Shown here one piece after another: positions 1 to 8,658 of a stretch of DNA of 64,000 nt. The notes under the pieces are model-generated. The model was not told the origin of the DNA. It made no database searches and worked only from the letters and a program-made list of their open reading frames with translations. The DNA is from an uncultured delta proteobacterium. Its GTDB lineage: Bacteria > Desulfobacterota > Desulfobacteria > Desulfobacterales > JAHEIW01. Each line of letters begins with the position of its first letter. Position 1 is the stretch's first letter. The stretch is taken from assembly GCA_963706575.1 (NCBI GenBank), contig CAVPNL010000004.1, positions 577,519 to 641,518 of the forward strand, in the 5' to 3' direction. The translations under genes were made by a program, and so were the position numbers.

Positions 1-2
1 TG

Positions 3-173
3 CAAGTCGAACTGCGCCGTATCAAAGAGCTGGGATATTCGCCCTATTTCCTCAAAACACAGGCCGGTCAGCTTAAATTGGTGGTGGGCGCTTTTGTTAC
101 AAAAGAGGGCGCCGAAAACCAGAGAACAGAATTGCAGTCAAAGGGCATTCAAAACACGGTCATCATTCGCTAA
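3..173 (+). CDS. C-terminal end of a SPOR-domain protein (5' part outside window)
   Basis: Manual translation QVELRRIKELGYSPYFLKTQAGQLKLVVGAFVTKEGAENQRTELQSKGIQNTVIIR*; VGAF..K..A....L...G pattern typical of SPOR. Confidence 0.6.
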   Translation, partial: QVELRRIKELGYSPYFLKTQAGQLKLVVGAFVTKEGAENQRTELQSKGIQNTVIIR

Positions 174-181
174 GACGCATC

Positions 182-628
182 ATGAAAGTTGAAAGTCAAC
201 ACCATAACTATCAGGGATTGACCATAAAAGAATTGACGGTTGGTCAATCCTACGAAAAAACCTTTACGATTACGGCTGAATTGATCGAGCGTTTTGCCGA
301 ACTGACCGGTGATCTCAACCCGATCCACCTGAACGAAGACTACGCCGCCAAAAGCATTTTTAAACAGCGAGTGGCCCAGGGAATGCTGCAGGCCGGCCTT
401 TTGTCCGGAATTTTGGGTTGTTATTTTCCCGGAGTGGGAACCATCTATCTTTCTCAAACACTCAAATTTATCAAACCGGTCTTTATCAAAGATCAGATCA
501 CGCTGCGCCTGGAGATTTTGGAAATCATCAGCGAGAAAAACCGCGTTCGTCTCGAAACACGATTCACCAATCAGAACGGTGAAGCCGTCATCATTGGTGA
601 GGCGCTCGTTAAGCCCCCGCCCGAATGA
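182..628 (+). CDS. MaoC family (R)-enoyl-CoA hydratase/dehydratase
   Basis: FAELTGDLNPIHL..YA motif, PG.GTIYLSQTLKF..PV. Confidence 0.9.
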   Translation: MKVESQHHNYQGLTIKELTVGQSYEKTFTITAELIERFAELTGDLNPIHLNEDYAAKSIFKQRVAQGMLQAGLLSGILGCYFPGVGTIYLSQTLKFIKPVFIKDQITLRLEILEIISEKNRVRLETRFTNQNGEAVIIGEALVKPPPE

Positions 629-708
629 TTAAATCCACCCTGCCCCATTGATTTTGTCGCCTTGTTGATTAGATTATACCTTTACGAAAACTGATTTAAA
701 AATAGTTG

Positions 709-835
709 GAAGTGCCTAAAGTGAGCTAAAGTGCCTATAGTTGAGGGGTCGCTATCGCTCCATCTTATATTATAAAAATGATAGAATTCCTTAATTTTAG
801 TCACTCTAGATCACTTTAGGCACTTTAGGCACTTC
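709..835. repeat. Intergenic palindromic element built from 9-10 bp subrepeats (copy 1)
   Basis: Perfect 15-bp terminal IR GAAGTGCCTAAAGTG (709-723) / CACTTTAGGCACTTC (821-835); homologous to 59380-59432 and 62337-62484. Confidence 0.85.
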
Positions 836-856
836 TAAGAAAAGGATTCTGAACGA

Positions 857-1552
857 ATGACAACCATCTTAGTGGTTTCAGCCCATCCGGATGATGAAAC
901 CCTTTTTAGCGGCGGAACGCTGGCAAGGTATGCTCAAAAAGGACACGACATTTTCATCCTGGAAACCACCCGCGGAGAGGGCGGCGAGGTGGGTGAGCCG
1001 CCGTTAACCACCCGCGAAAATCTGGCTGCCTTCAGGGAGCAGGAGGTCCGCCAGGCCGCCGGCATCCTGGGTGCGCGCGATATATTTTTCCTGCCTTACA
1101 TTGACCCGTTCATGGAGATCAACGGCACCGCCCGTCGAATCGACGCTCCCCTGGCGGAATTTACCGCGGCGATTGCAACATACGTTCAAAAGATTGCTCC
1201 CCAACTGGTCATCACCCACGGCTCAAACGGTGAATACGGCCACCCCCAGCACATCTACACCCATCAGGCGACCCGCATGGCCTTAAACAGTGCCCGGCCG
1301 GGCACCGCATTTATAACCTGGTCGGCCTGGCATACACCGGCCGATTACGAGCGCATATTAAATCAAGACGATCAAGCCGATATCATCAGCGACATCAGCC
1401 CCTGGCACGATATAAAGGTTGACGCCGCCCTCTGCCACAAAACCCAGCACGCCATGTTTCTGCGAAATTCCGGCGCTCGTTCGGTTGCGGGCATGGTCCG
1501 GAAAACCGAAACCTTCCACATCTGGCAGGGCCCGTTACCGCAAGACTTATAA
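857..1552 (+). CDS. PIG-L/LmbE family deacetylase
   Basis: SAHPDDE, TRGEGG, YGHPQH motifs. Confidence 0.9.
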   Translation: MTTILVVSAHPDDETLFSGGTLARYAQKGHDIFILETTRGEGGEVGEPPLTTRENLAAFREQEVRQAAGILGARDIFFLPYIDPFMEINGTARRIDAPLAEFTAAIATYVQKIAPQLVITHGSNGEYGHPQHIYTHQATRMALNSARPGTAFITWSAWHTPADYERILNQDDQADIISDISPWHDIKVDAALCHKTQHAMFLRNSGARSVAGMVRKTETFHIWQGPLPQDL

Positions 1553-1807
1553 TAAGCGGTTATTCAGCCTCTCATTATTCCTCAAGATAAGGCCATCCAT
1601 ACCGATAATATATCTAAGGTTTCCAGGTTGAGCGCTTTGTCCAGTTACCCGTTAGCCGGCAAAAAAAATATTATCAGACATTTTCCAGCTTCAGCGCGTT
1701 CAATTCGCCTACGGCGGACCAACCAGAAACCGTGATCTATTGTTTTCCAAACAGACTCCAAATCGCTGGAATTTTTATATCGTCAATACGCCTCTTCGAG
1801 AAAATTT

Positions 1808-2573
1808 ATGACGGAAAATTTATTGAACTCAGCCCGGGGCCTTCAACCGGTCTGGAAGCGTAAGCTGAAGCGGGCAGGCCGCGCGATCCAAAATTGGCTG
1901 CGGGAGCTAATCCGTTCACTGATCGAAATCACAATCCTGTTTACCATCACGGCTGTAATGGTCGGCATCTTACTTTCAATTCTGGAGGCCTTCTGGTACC
2001 TCTATCTCGAAACCCCCGTCGGCATCAAATATACCGCGGACCCTGCCAGATTATCGCCGCACCTGTTGACGCAATTATTCAAACAGGATCTGTTTTTGTT
2101 TTCCGTTGAAGTTGCCATAGCCGCTCTGACCGCCAGTCTGATAATAAGTGCTGCATTCCAGATTACCGCTTTGCGCCGCTATTTTTATGTTGGCCGCGGC
2201 CTGTTCAACCGCGTCATTGTACTTTTGCTGTTCAGCGCCGCTGCGGGTTTTAAGCTGGCGCATACCGGCCTGATAGACCTGCCGGTCGCCCTCGGGAGTA
2301 TCGATCGTTCCGAGCCTGTGCCTGTTTCCATCGTGTATGAATATTTCAGCCAGAATATTACCCGAATTGACTCCCTTGGGAATTATGAAAATAATCATCA
2401 ACGCAAAAAACTTTCTCATTCATTCCGGTGACCGGGCTATGCCGGAGCCGCAAGCATCCCTTTATCCGACGAGCCGCGGCAATTCACAGACGCCCCCTGC
2501 CCTCAAACCTGCCACTGCAGTAAAAAACCGCGGTGCGGGCCGCGTCACGCCGGATGCGAGCGGAGCAGTTTAG
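1808..2573 (+). pseudogene. Membrane protein split by a single-base frameshift near 2295
   Basis: Hydrophobic ORF 1808-2431 continues as ...ALG/VSIVPSLCLFPSCMNISARIL in the frame of ORF 2337-2573 if one base is removed in CTCGGGAGTA. Confidence 0.55.
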
Positions 2574-2955
2574 AAAAACAAAAATTCAAATATTTCATAT
2601 TGCGTTAGCACATCCAACAAATTTTCAACCTCTCCAAATTTTAACATCAGGCACGAAATTCCCAATTTTAGATAAGTCTAAATTTTTTAGTTTGGCTAAA
2701 GCAATATACAATTCCCTTTAAGGATAATGAGCCACGGTATATTGTGGTATGCTCTTTTCCAAATCTCTTGAATTTCGTATTTGGATATGAAACAAATATC
2801 GTAGCAATCGGTACACAACGGAAACTCCATATAAAGCATGCAATCATTTTTTATAGGGAAAAAAACGATGATTGTGTTGTTTATGTTGCCAAAAAAAAAG
2901 ACCACATAAGACGATATTAAAAATACCTTAAAGATTGGAAACAGGAGACGAAAAA

Positions 2956-4650
2956 ATGATATTAAACCCCAGAGAAAATAAATACGAATACCTGGATGAA
3001 AAATCCAGGTCGATTATGTTGAAAACAATTGAGTTTTTCGAAAACAAAGGGAAGGCCAAGCTCAAATCCGATTATCACGAAAAGGTGTGGTACGCGGATT
3101 TTATTGAATTTATAAAAAAGGAAATGGTGTTTGCCACCCTGCTGACACCCTCTGCCCACGGGGGGGAGGGGTGCCGTTGGGACACTTACAGAAATTGCGC
3201 TTTCAATGAAATCCTGGGTTTTTACGGCCTGCCATACTGGTACACCTGGCAGGTGACCATTCTCGGTTTGGGGCCCATCTGGATGGGGGCCAACGAAGCT
3301 GTGAAAGCAAAAACGGCCCGGCTGCTCAAGGAAGGCGGTATTTTCGCCTTCGGGCTATCGGAAAAAGGGCACGGGGCCGATCTCTACTCCAGCGAAATGT
3401 CCCTGACACCCCTGGGTGAGGGGAAATACGTTGCCGACGGCGGGAAATACTATATCGGAAACGCAAATGAGGCGGCCCTGGTGTCGACCTTCGGCAAGGA
3501 TACGGAAACCGATGAATACGTGTTTTTCGTAGTCAATTCCAAGCACGACAATTTTGACCTGGTGAAAAATGTCGTCAGCTCCCAGAACTATGTTGCCGAA
3601 TATGCGCTCCAGGGATACCCCATAACCAAAGAGGATATCCTCACCAGAGGGCAGGATGCGTGGGATTCTTCCCTCAACACCATCAATGTCGGCAAATACA
3701 ATCTGGGCTGGGCATCCATCGGCATCTGTACACATGCACTGTACGAAGCCATTACCCATGCCACCAACCGGATACTCTACGGCAAGCGCGTAACTGAATT
3801 CCCCCATATACGGCAGTTGTTTGTAGATGCCCACACGCGGCTTGTGGCCATGAAGCTTTTTGCCTTGAGGAATGCGGACTACATCAGGGCGGCCTCAGCG
3901 GAGGACAGGCGTTACCTGCTTTACACGCCCATGACCAAGATGAAGGTAACCACCCAGGGGGAAGAGGTGATCAACCTGCTGTGGAATGTCATCGCGGCCA
4001 AGGGGTTTGAGAAAGACATGTATTTTGAGATGGCGGCACAGGACATTCGGGCGCTTCCAAAACTCGAGGGCACTGTACACGTCAACATGGCCTTGATCAT
4101 CAAGTTCATGGCCAACTATTTTTTTAATCCGGGTGAATTCCCGGAAATCGTCCAGAGAAACGGCACAGAGGATGACAGCTTTCTCTTCAACCAGGGACCC
4201 ACCCGCGGTCTGGGCAAAATCCGCTTTCATGATTTCAACATCGCCTACAACAGCATCAATCTTCCCAACCTGACTGTGTTCAAAGAACAGATCAGGGTTC
4301 TGCAGGAGCTTTTAATGACTGCACCGCCCGAAAAAGATCAGCAGAGAGAAATCGATTTTCTATTGATTCTGGGGGAACTGTTCACCCTGGTGGCTTACGG
4401 CCAGTTGATCATTGAAAATGCAAAAATCTACAAGGTTGAGGATGAATTTATCGACCAGATTTTTGATTTCATGGTCCGTGATTTTTCCAGATTTGCCCTT
4501 CAGCTCTATTCCAAAACAAGCAGCACGGAAGCTCAAATGGAAATCTGCCTGAAGATCATCAAAAAGCCAGTCAGAGATGCGGAAAGATTCGACCGCATCT
4601 GGAGCAGATATGTTGAACCGCTCAACAATGCCTACGAGATGAACCCATAA
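2956..4650 (+). CDS. Acyl-CoA dehydrogenase family protein
   Basis: FAFGLSE..HGAD, GKYYIGN, LPKLEGT motifs; AGGAG RBS before ATG 2956. Confidence 0.9.
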   Translation: MILNPRENKYEYLDEKSRSIMLKTIEFFENKGKAKLKSDYHEKVWYADFIEFIKKEMVFATLLTPSAHGGEGCRWDTYRNCAFNEILGFYGLPYWYTWQVTILGLGPIWMGANEAVKAKTARLLKEGGIFAFGLSEKGHGADLYSSEMSLTPLGEGKYVADGGKYYIGNANEAALVSTFGKDTETDEYVFFVVNSKHDNFDLVKNVVSSQNYVAEYALQGYPITKEDILTRGQDAWDSSLNTINVGKYNLGWASIGICTHALYEAITHATNRILYGKRVTEFPHIRQLFVDAHTRLVAMKLFALRNADYIRAASAEDRRYLLYTPMTKMKVTTQGEEVINLLWNVIAAKGFEKDMYFEMAAQDIRALPKLEGTVHVNMALIIKFMANYFFNPGEFPEIVQRNGTEDDSFLFNQGPTRGLGKIRFHDFNIAYNSINLPNLTVFKEQIRVLQELLMTAPPEKDQQREIDFLLILGELFTLVAYGQLIIENAKIYKVEDEFIDQIFDFMVRDFSRFALQLYSKTSSTEAQMEICLKIIKKPVRDAERFDRIWSRYVEPLNNAYEMNP

Positions 4651-5319
4651 AGTTTCATACTCAATCGCGTAAAAAAACGCAGGTTTATGGGTTTGCATTG
4701 AAAAGCCGCAGTTATGCAATAAATACAACGGATTAAAATTTATTGTGTCTTTGAAAACACCCAATTATTTATAGCGGATAAGGTGAGGCATAAGCTTCAG
4801 GGTGATGGTTTCGCCATCGCTCTAAAGGAGTATCCGGAGTACTACCTGGGGTCCGTGTTTCGGGCGTCTTCTACAGCAAGGATGACGACCTCATTCAGGT
4901 GGCCTAAAAACTTCGAATTGTGTTTGTTTGACTTCGGCTATGTACCCGTCATCACGATAATATACAACTTGAATCAGCACATCTAACATATTTCAGGACC
5001 CTCCAAAGTTTCAACTCAGGCACGCTATCCACAATCCAAATCATTTAAAAATGGATTATGTTGCCGTATGAAGCCCAAAGTATTGCAACTCGAGAACAAA
5101 AGGTAGTAGTGCTTCAGAATTTTTCTATCACAAAAGATACCACTATCTAGTAAATCTTTACCTTGGGTATTCTGATACCTTCAGTGAATTGTGGGAGTAT
5201 TACCTTTTCGATTTTGAGATCGGTTTTTCTGAGAGGCATATCGGCGATGTCAAGAGAGTATTTGCGAAACAATGTTACCGCCGCAATTCCTATTTTAGCT
5301 GAGGTAAAGTGATCGATGA

Positions 5320-6234
5320 TCATTTACTCAATTTATTCTGTTTTATGTCAATTTCTCGCATCAGTTTGAGGACGGCCAGTTCTTTGGCTTTTGCTTCAAC
5401 TTCCACGGTAATGTCCAGGTTCAGCCAGAATACCGGAAAGTCCTTGAGATTAATGTAATCATGATGATTTCGGTGATTTCCATTCTCCCAGGGCTGTAAA
5501 GGACTCGAAATATGAAAAAGTGGCTCCCGGTTCCAAGTTTTCAGTACCTGATGAGTCGCGTCTTTAATGCTCAGACCGTCAGGCAGGCAGCGATGATGAT
5601 GTAGGTCGTATACGAGAGGGATTTTCAATTTTTTGCAAATTGGCAGCAAATCTCGGGGCGTATACAGCCTATCATCGTTCTCCAGGGTAAGGCGACAGCG
5701 AATGCTTCGTGGTAGACTCCGAATTCCCCTAACCAGGCGTTGTAGGGCCTTATCCTTGTCTCCGTAAACACCACCGGCGTGAATATTGATCACATCGGCG
5801 TTGACCCATTTCGCAACTTCCGTCTGATATCTAAGATCGGCAATTGATCTGCGGGTAACCTCTGGATTCGGCGATGATAATAGAATGAACTGATCGGGGT
5901 GGAAGCTCGTACGCATATCGTTTCTTCTGCAGAAAGTCCCGCATTTTTTGAATTTGTTCACGATTTCATTGGATTGGGGCAACGCTTCTATGGTGTATCC
6001 TAGTTTAGGATGTGTTTTAAGTGGCAAAATCTGGCTGTTGATCCGAAAGGCGTTAATACCATTACGCCGACAAAATTTAAGTGCCGCGAGAAGAGAATTT
6101 GCGTTGTGCAGGCAGATACCGGAAATATAATCCATCCGCTCGTTCGGAGATAGTTTGCTTAAGTACCTTGCTGTCGTGCGGCGGAACTTTATTGGCTCTT
6201 CACGAAAAATACAACACAGACCCCATCGAATCAT
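5320..6234 (-). CDS. uvsE: UV DNA damage endonuclease (UvsE/UvdE)
   Basis: FRI.SQILP..THP, SFHPDQF..L.S, NIH.GG.YGDK, LENDD, VYDLHHH, HISS, VEAKAKE. Confidence 0.93.
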   Translation of the reverse strand: MIRWGLCCIFREEPIKFRRTTARYLSKLSPNERMDYISGICLHNANSLLAALKFCRRNGINAFRINSQILPLKTHPKLGYTIEALPQSNEIVNKFKKCGTFCRRNDMRTSFHPDQFILLSSPNPEVTRRSIADLRYQTEVAKWVNADVINIHAGGVYGDKDKALQRLVRGIRSLPRSIRCRLTLENDDRLYTPRDLLPICKKLKIPLVYDLHHHRCLPDGLSIKDATHQVLKTWNREPLFHISSPLQPWENGNHRNHHDYINLKDFPVFWLNLDITVEVEAKAKELAVLKLMREIDIKQNKLSK

Positions 6235-6685
6235 GACTGACCTTTCTTCAAAAAGATAGCTGGTCTAATTTTAAGTATCTTTTGGACCAACATATCGAGC
6301 TAACTGACATTTTTTGATTGATACTTAGATTAACTCTTATTTGAGCTCCGTCAACCAATCACGACCCATAGGGAAAGCGAGCTCATAGTGACCTATTGTT
6401 GGTGACGAGTCCCAGTCAAAGGTTTGATTTTTTTGCATTTGCGGAATAAACCAAACAAAAAGGGCAGCAATTGTAGACCGGCTATTTTGATTTTTTCGCC
6501 ATCTGACTTGACTATGCAAAGCGAATTCTTAGAATTATTAATATTTTTGGGGTAGAGCTCACCCGTTAAGACGAAACATTGGAACATCTAAGGCCTGTGA
6601 ATCCGGCTGAGCAGGATGTTGTTTGTGTTTTTGCGAGCCATATGTTAAGTGAGATAGAAACTAAACGGAAAAGAAAGGACTAGAC

Positions 6686-6988
6686 ATGCAAGTACAAGAC
6701 TACTGCAAGGCGATGTTGGCTGAAGTTACAGCATGGAAAGAGAAGCTCGAGGCAATGAAAAAAGTCGCTGACAGCTATGGAACAGAACAGAAAGAAAAGG
6801 TACTTCCGCTTATCGGGCAGATAGAGCAGGAAGTCGTGAATGCGCAAATGCGTGTGCAGAAGCTCGAAACTGAATGCCCGTCTGACTGGTCGCCGATGAA
6901 AAATGAGCTCGATGATCTCTTCGGTACCATCGGAAGCAGTGTCGACCGTGCCTGGCGCGACCTGTCTCCTGGCGAAGTTGGTGGTTAG
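6686..6988 (+). CDS. Hypothetical coiled-coil protein
   Basis: Clean ORF with AAGGA RBS; followed by hairpin at 6999-7022. Confidence 0.7.
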   Translation: MQVQDYCKAMLAEVTAWKEKLEAMKKVADSYGTEQKEKVLPLIGQIEQEVVNAQMRVQKLETECPSDWSPMKNELDDLFGTIGSSVDRAWRDLSPGEVGG

Positions 6989-6998
6989 CAGAAATCCT

Positions 6999-7022
6999 GA
7001 GGAGAGGCTCCGGCCTCTCCTC
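6999..7022. terminator. GC-rich hairpin, probable terminator
   Basis: GAGGAGAGGC-TCCG-GCCTCTCCTC perfect 10-bp stem. Confidence 0.5.
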
Positions 7023-7121
7023 TGAGGCTGGAATATTTTTTTATGTTGGCTTACCCTTTACAACCCCCACCTTAAAATTCTGATTGTGGTAGTCGATCAG
7101 ATTGACGAATCGTTATTGTTA

Positions 7122-7395
7122 CTAATCGCTAACATCTCTTTGTATCGCGAGGTAATGGGTAATTTCGTCTTTTTCTTTGCGGATCGGAACAATTTTCCAT
7201 TCCATCATGAATTCGGATCCATCTTTTCTATAATTAATTGCCTGACCGTGAAACAACCTCCCCTCGGAAGTATCCTGATTCAACCGTTCGAGTACGGCTT
7301 GATCGGTATTCGGCCCTTGTAGTATAGTGATTTGCCGATGATTTCATGGGGCCCATAACCGGTAAGCTCGCAGAACGCTGAATTTTTAAATAAAA
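7122..7395 (-). pseudogene. Frameshifted PAS (LOV-like) domain remnant
   Basis: Manual translation FLFKNSAFCELTGYGPHEIIGKS / (frameshift at ~7326) / ILQGPNTDQAVLERLNQDTSEGRLFHGQAINYRKDGSEFMMEWKIVPIRKEKDEITHYLAIQRDVSD*; not in ORF track. Confidence 0.8.
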
Positions 7396-7588
7396 AGGCT
7401 ACAAAGCGGACAGCGGCAGTTCCTTTTTTGTGTGCTCAAATACTAACCTTGCATGTCCAGCTCTATAGCCAAAAAAAATATGGGCATTGCGCTAAACTGC
7501 TGGCGCTTCATCGAGGCGCTATTTTTTGCATTGGATTCTCTGAATTTTGTCCACAACGTGAAAAATTTTAAACTTCCGAATGAATAAC

Positions 7589-8530
7589 TCAGCCGTTTTG
7601 CAGCTTTCGCAAGTTGTCGATTGCTATTCTGAAGCTATCAACATCCTTTAAAATCTGCATTTCAGGTCCATCGAAAAAACCAGCCAGAGGCGATGCGCCC
7701 TGCCCACCAATGAAAATAGTAATATCATCGCCCAAATAACGCCTCAATTTCTTTATCTCTAGATTCAATTGATGGCTGTCCTCATAATAGGTGATGCTAA
7801 GCGCCACTGCTCGAGCATCCGCATATGCTACCGCCGCTGCAATTTCTTCTGCCGGCAAACTGGGACCGAAATACAAGGATTGCCAGTTGGATTCACATGC
7901 AATTAATGCAATTGCCAGCGCGCCGAGCTCATGCTGATGTCCTGCCGGGGTCGCAATGACAATCTTCGGTGATGTCTCTGAAACTTCAGCTGAACGCAGC
8001 AGATTCCACAAAAAGGATCGGATGACCGTGGTTGTCATATGCTCATTGATGACTTTTAGCTCTCCGTGTTCCCATAACTCTCCGATTTTTTGGCATAGTG
8101 GTTCGATGACGGCCTTGATCAACTCCAATTTGCTCAGGTGTACCGCTGCTCGATCAAGGACAGATTCCAAACCTTTGGCATCAAAATTGAGGACGGTGGA
8201 CAGCGATCGTTCGTAGAAATAGGTCGCATCCAATGAAGCGGATTCGCGAGCAGTAGAAACCTCGGAAGCAGCTGGCACATCCAACTTAACGAGCTCCATC
8301 AAATCCTCGGGAGATAGACCTGCAATCTGAGAAATGCTGTGGCCGATTTTTACACCTGTTTTCAGCATCTTAAGGCGCTCGATATCCTTTCCGCAAAACA
8401 TCCGCCGGTTGGTTTCTGTTCTTTTGGGCACAACCGCCTGGTAGCGCTTCTCCCAAATACGTATTACATGTGTCGAAAGACCGGTTTGCTGTGCAACATA
8501 TCGAATTGGATATACATATTTAATTTTCAT
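7589..8530 (-). CDS. MerR-family cobalamin-binding transcriptional repressor (CarH/LitR type)
   Basis: N-terminal MerR HTH (IRIWEKRY...P.RT..NRR), W-x9-EH motif (WEHGELKVINEH), B12 Rossmann motif HQHELG (ExHxxG with E replaced by H), YFGP.LP, ALS. Confidence 0.92.
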   Translation of the reverse strand: MKIKYVYPIRYVAQQTGLSTHVIRIWEKRYQAVVPKRTETNRRMFCGKDIERLKMLKTGVKIGHSISQIAGLSPEDLMELVKLDVPAASEVSTARESASLDATYFYERSLSTVLNFDAKGLESVLDRAAVHLSKLELIKAVIEPLCQKIGELWEHGELKVINEHMTTTVIRSFLWNLLRSAEVSETSPKIVIATPAGHQHELGALAIALIACESNWQSLYFGPSLPAEEIAAAVAYADARAVALSITYYEDSHQLNLEIKKLRRYLGDDITIFIGGQGASPLAGFFDGPEMQILKDVDSFRIAIDNLRKLQNG

Positions 8531-8536
8531 GGCTGG

Positions 8537-8591
8537 AATATAACATTTTTCTTTGACATTGTCAAATTTTTGTTTAACTTATGTCTAATTT
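8537..8591. promoter_or_regulatory. Divergent sigma70 promoters overlapped by three 11-bp direct repeats (CarH-type operator)
   Basis: TTGTCAAATTT/TTGTTTAACTT/ATGTCTAATTT at 8559-8591, all matching nAnnTnnACAn on the minus strand; TTGACA on both strands (8553-8558 +, 8560-8565 -) with -10 boxes TAACTT (8575-8580 +) and TATATT (8537-8542 -). Confidence 0.8.
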
Positions 8592-8658
8592 AAAGTGCAT
8601 TTATACCTTATTTCATTCAGACCTAAATTCAAAACCCTTAAATTGTTAGGATCTAAAA

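Noticed and set aside
709..835. Possible CRISPR array (also 62337-62484)
   Set aside because: Units are 9-10 bp with no unique spacers, and no cas genes are present
4770..5030. Possible structured RNA or repeat after the acyl-CoA dehydrogenase
   Set aside because: Only short complementary patches (GATGACG/CGTCATC); no second copy or recognisable family
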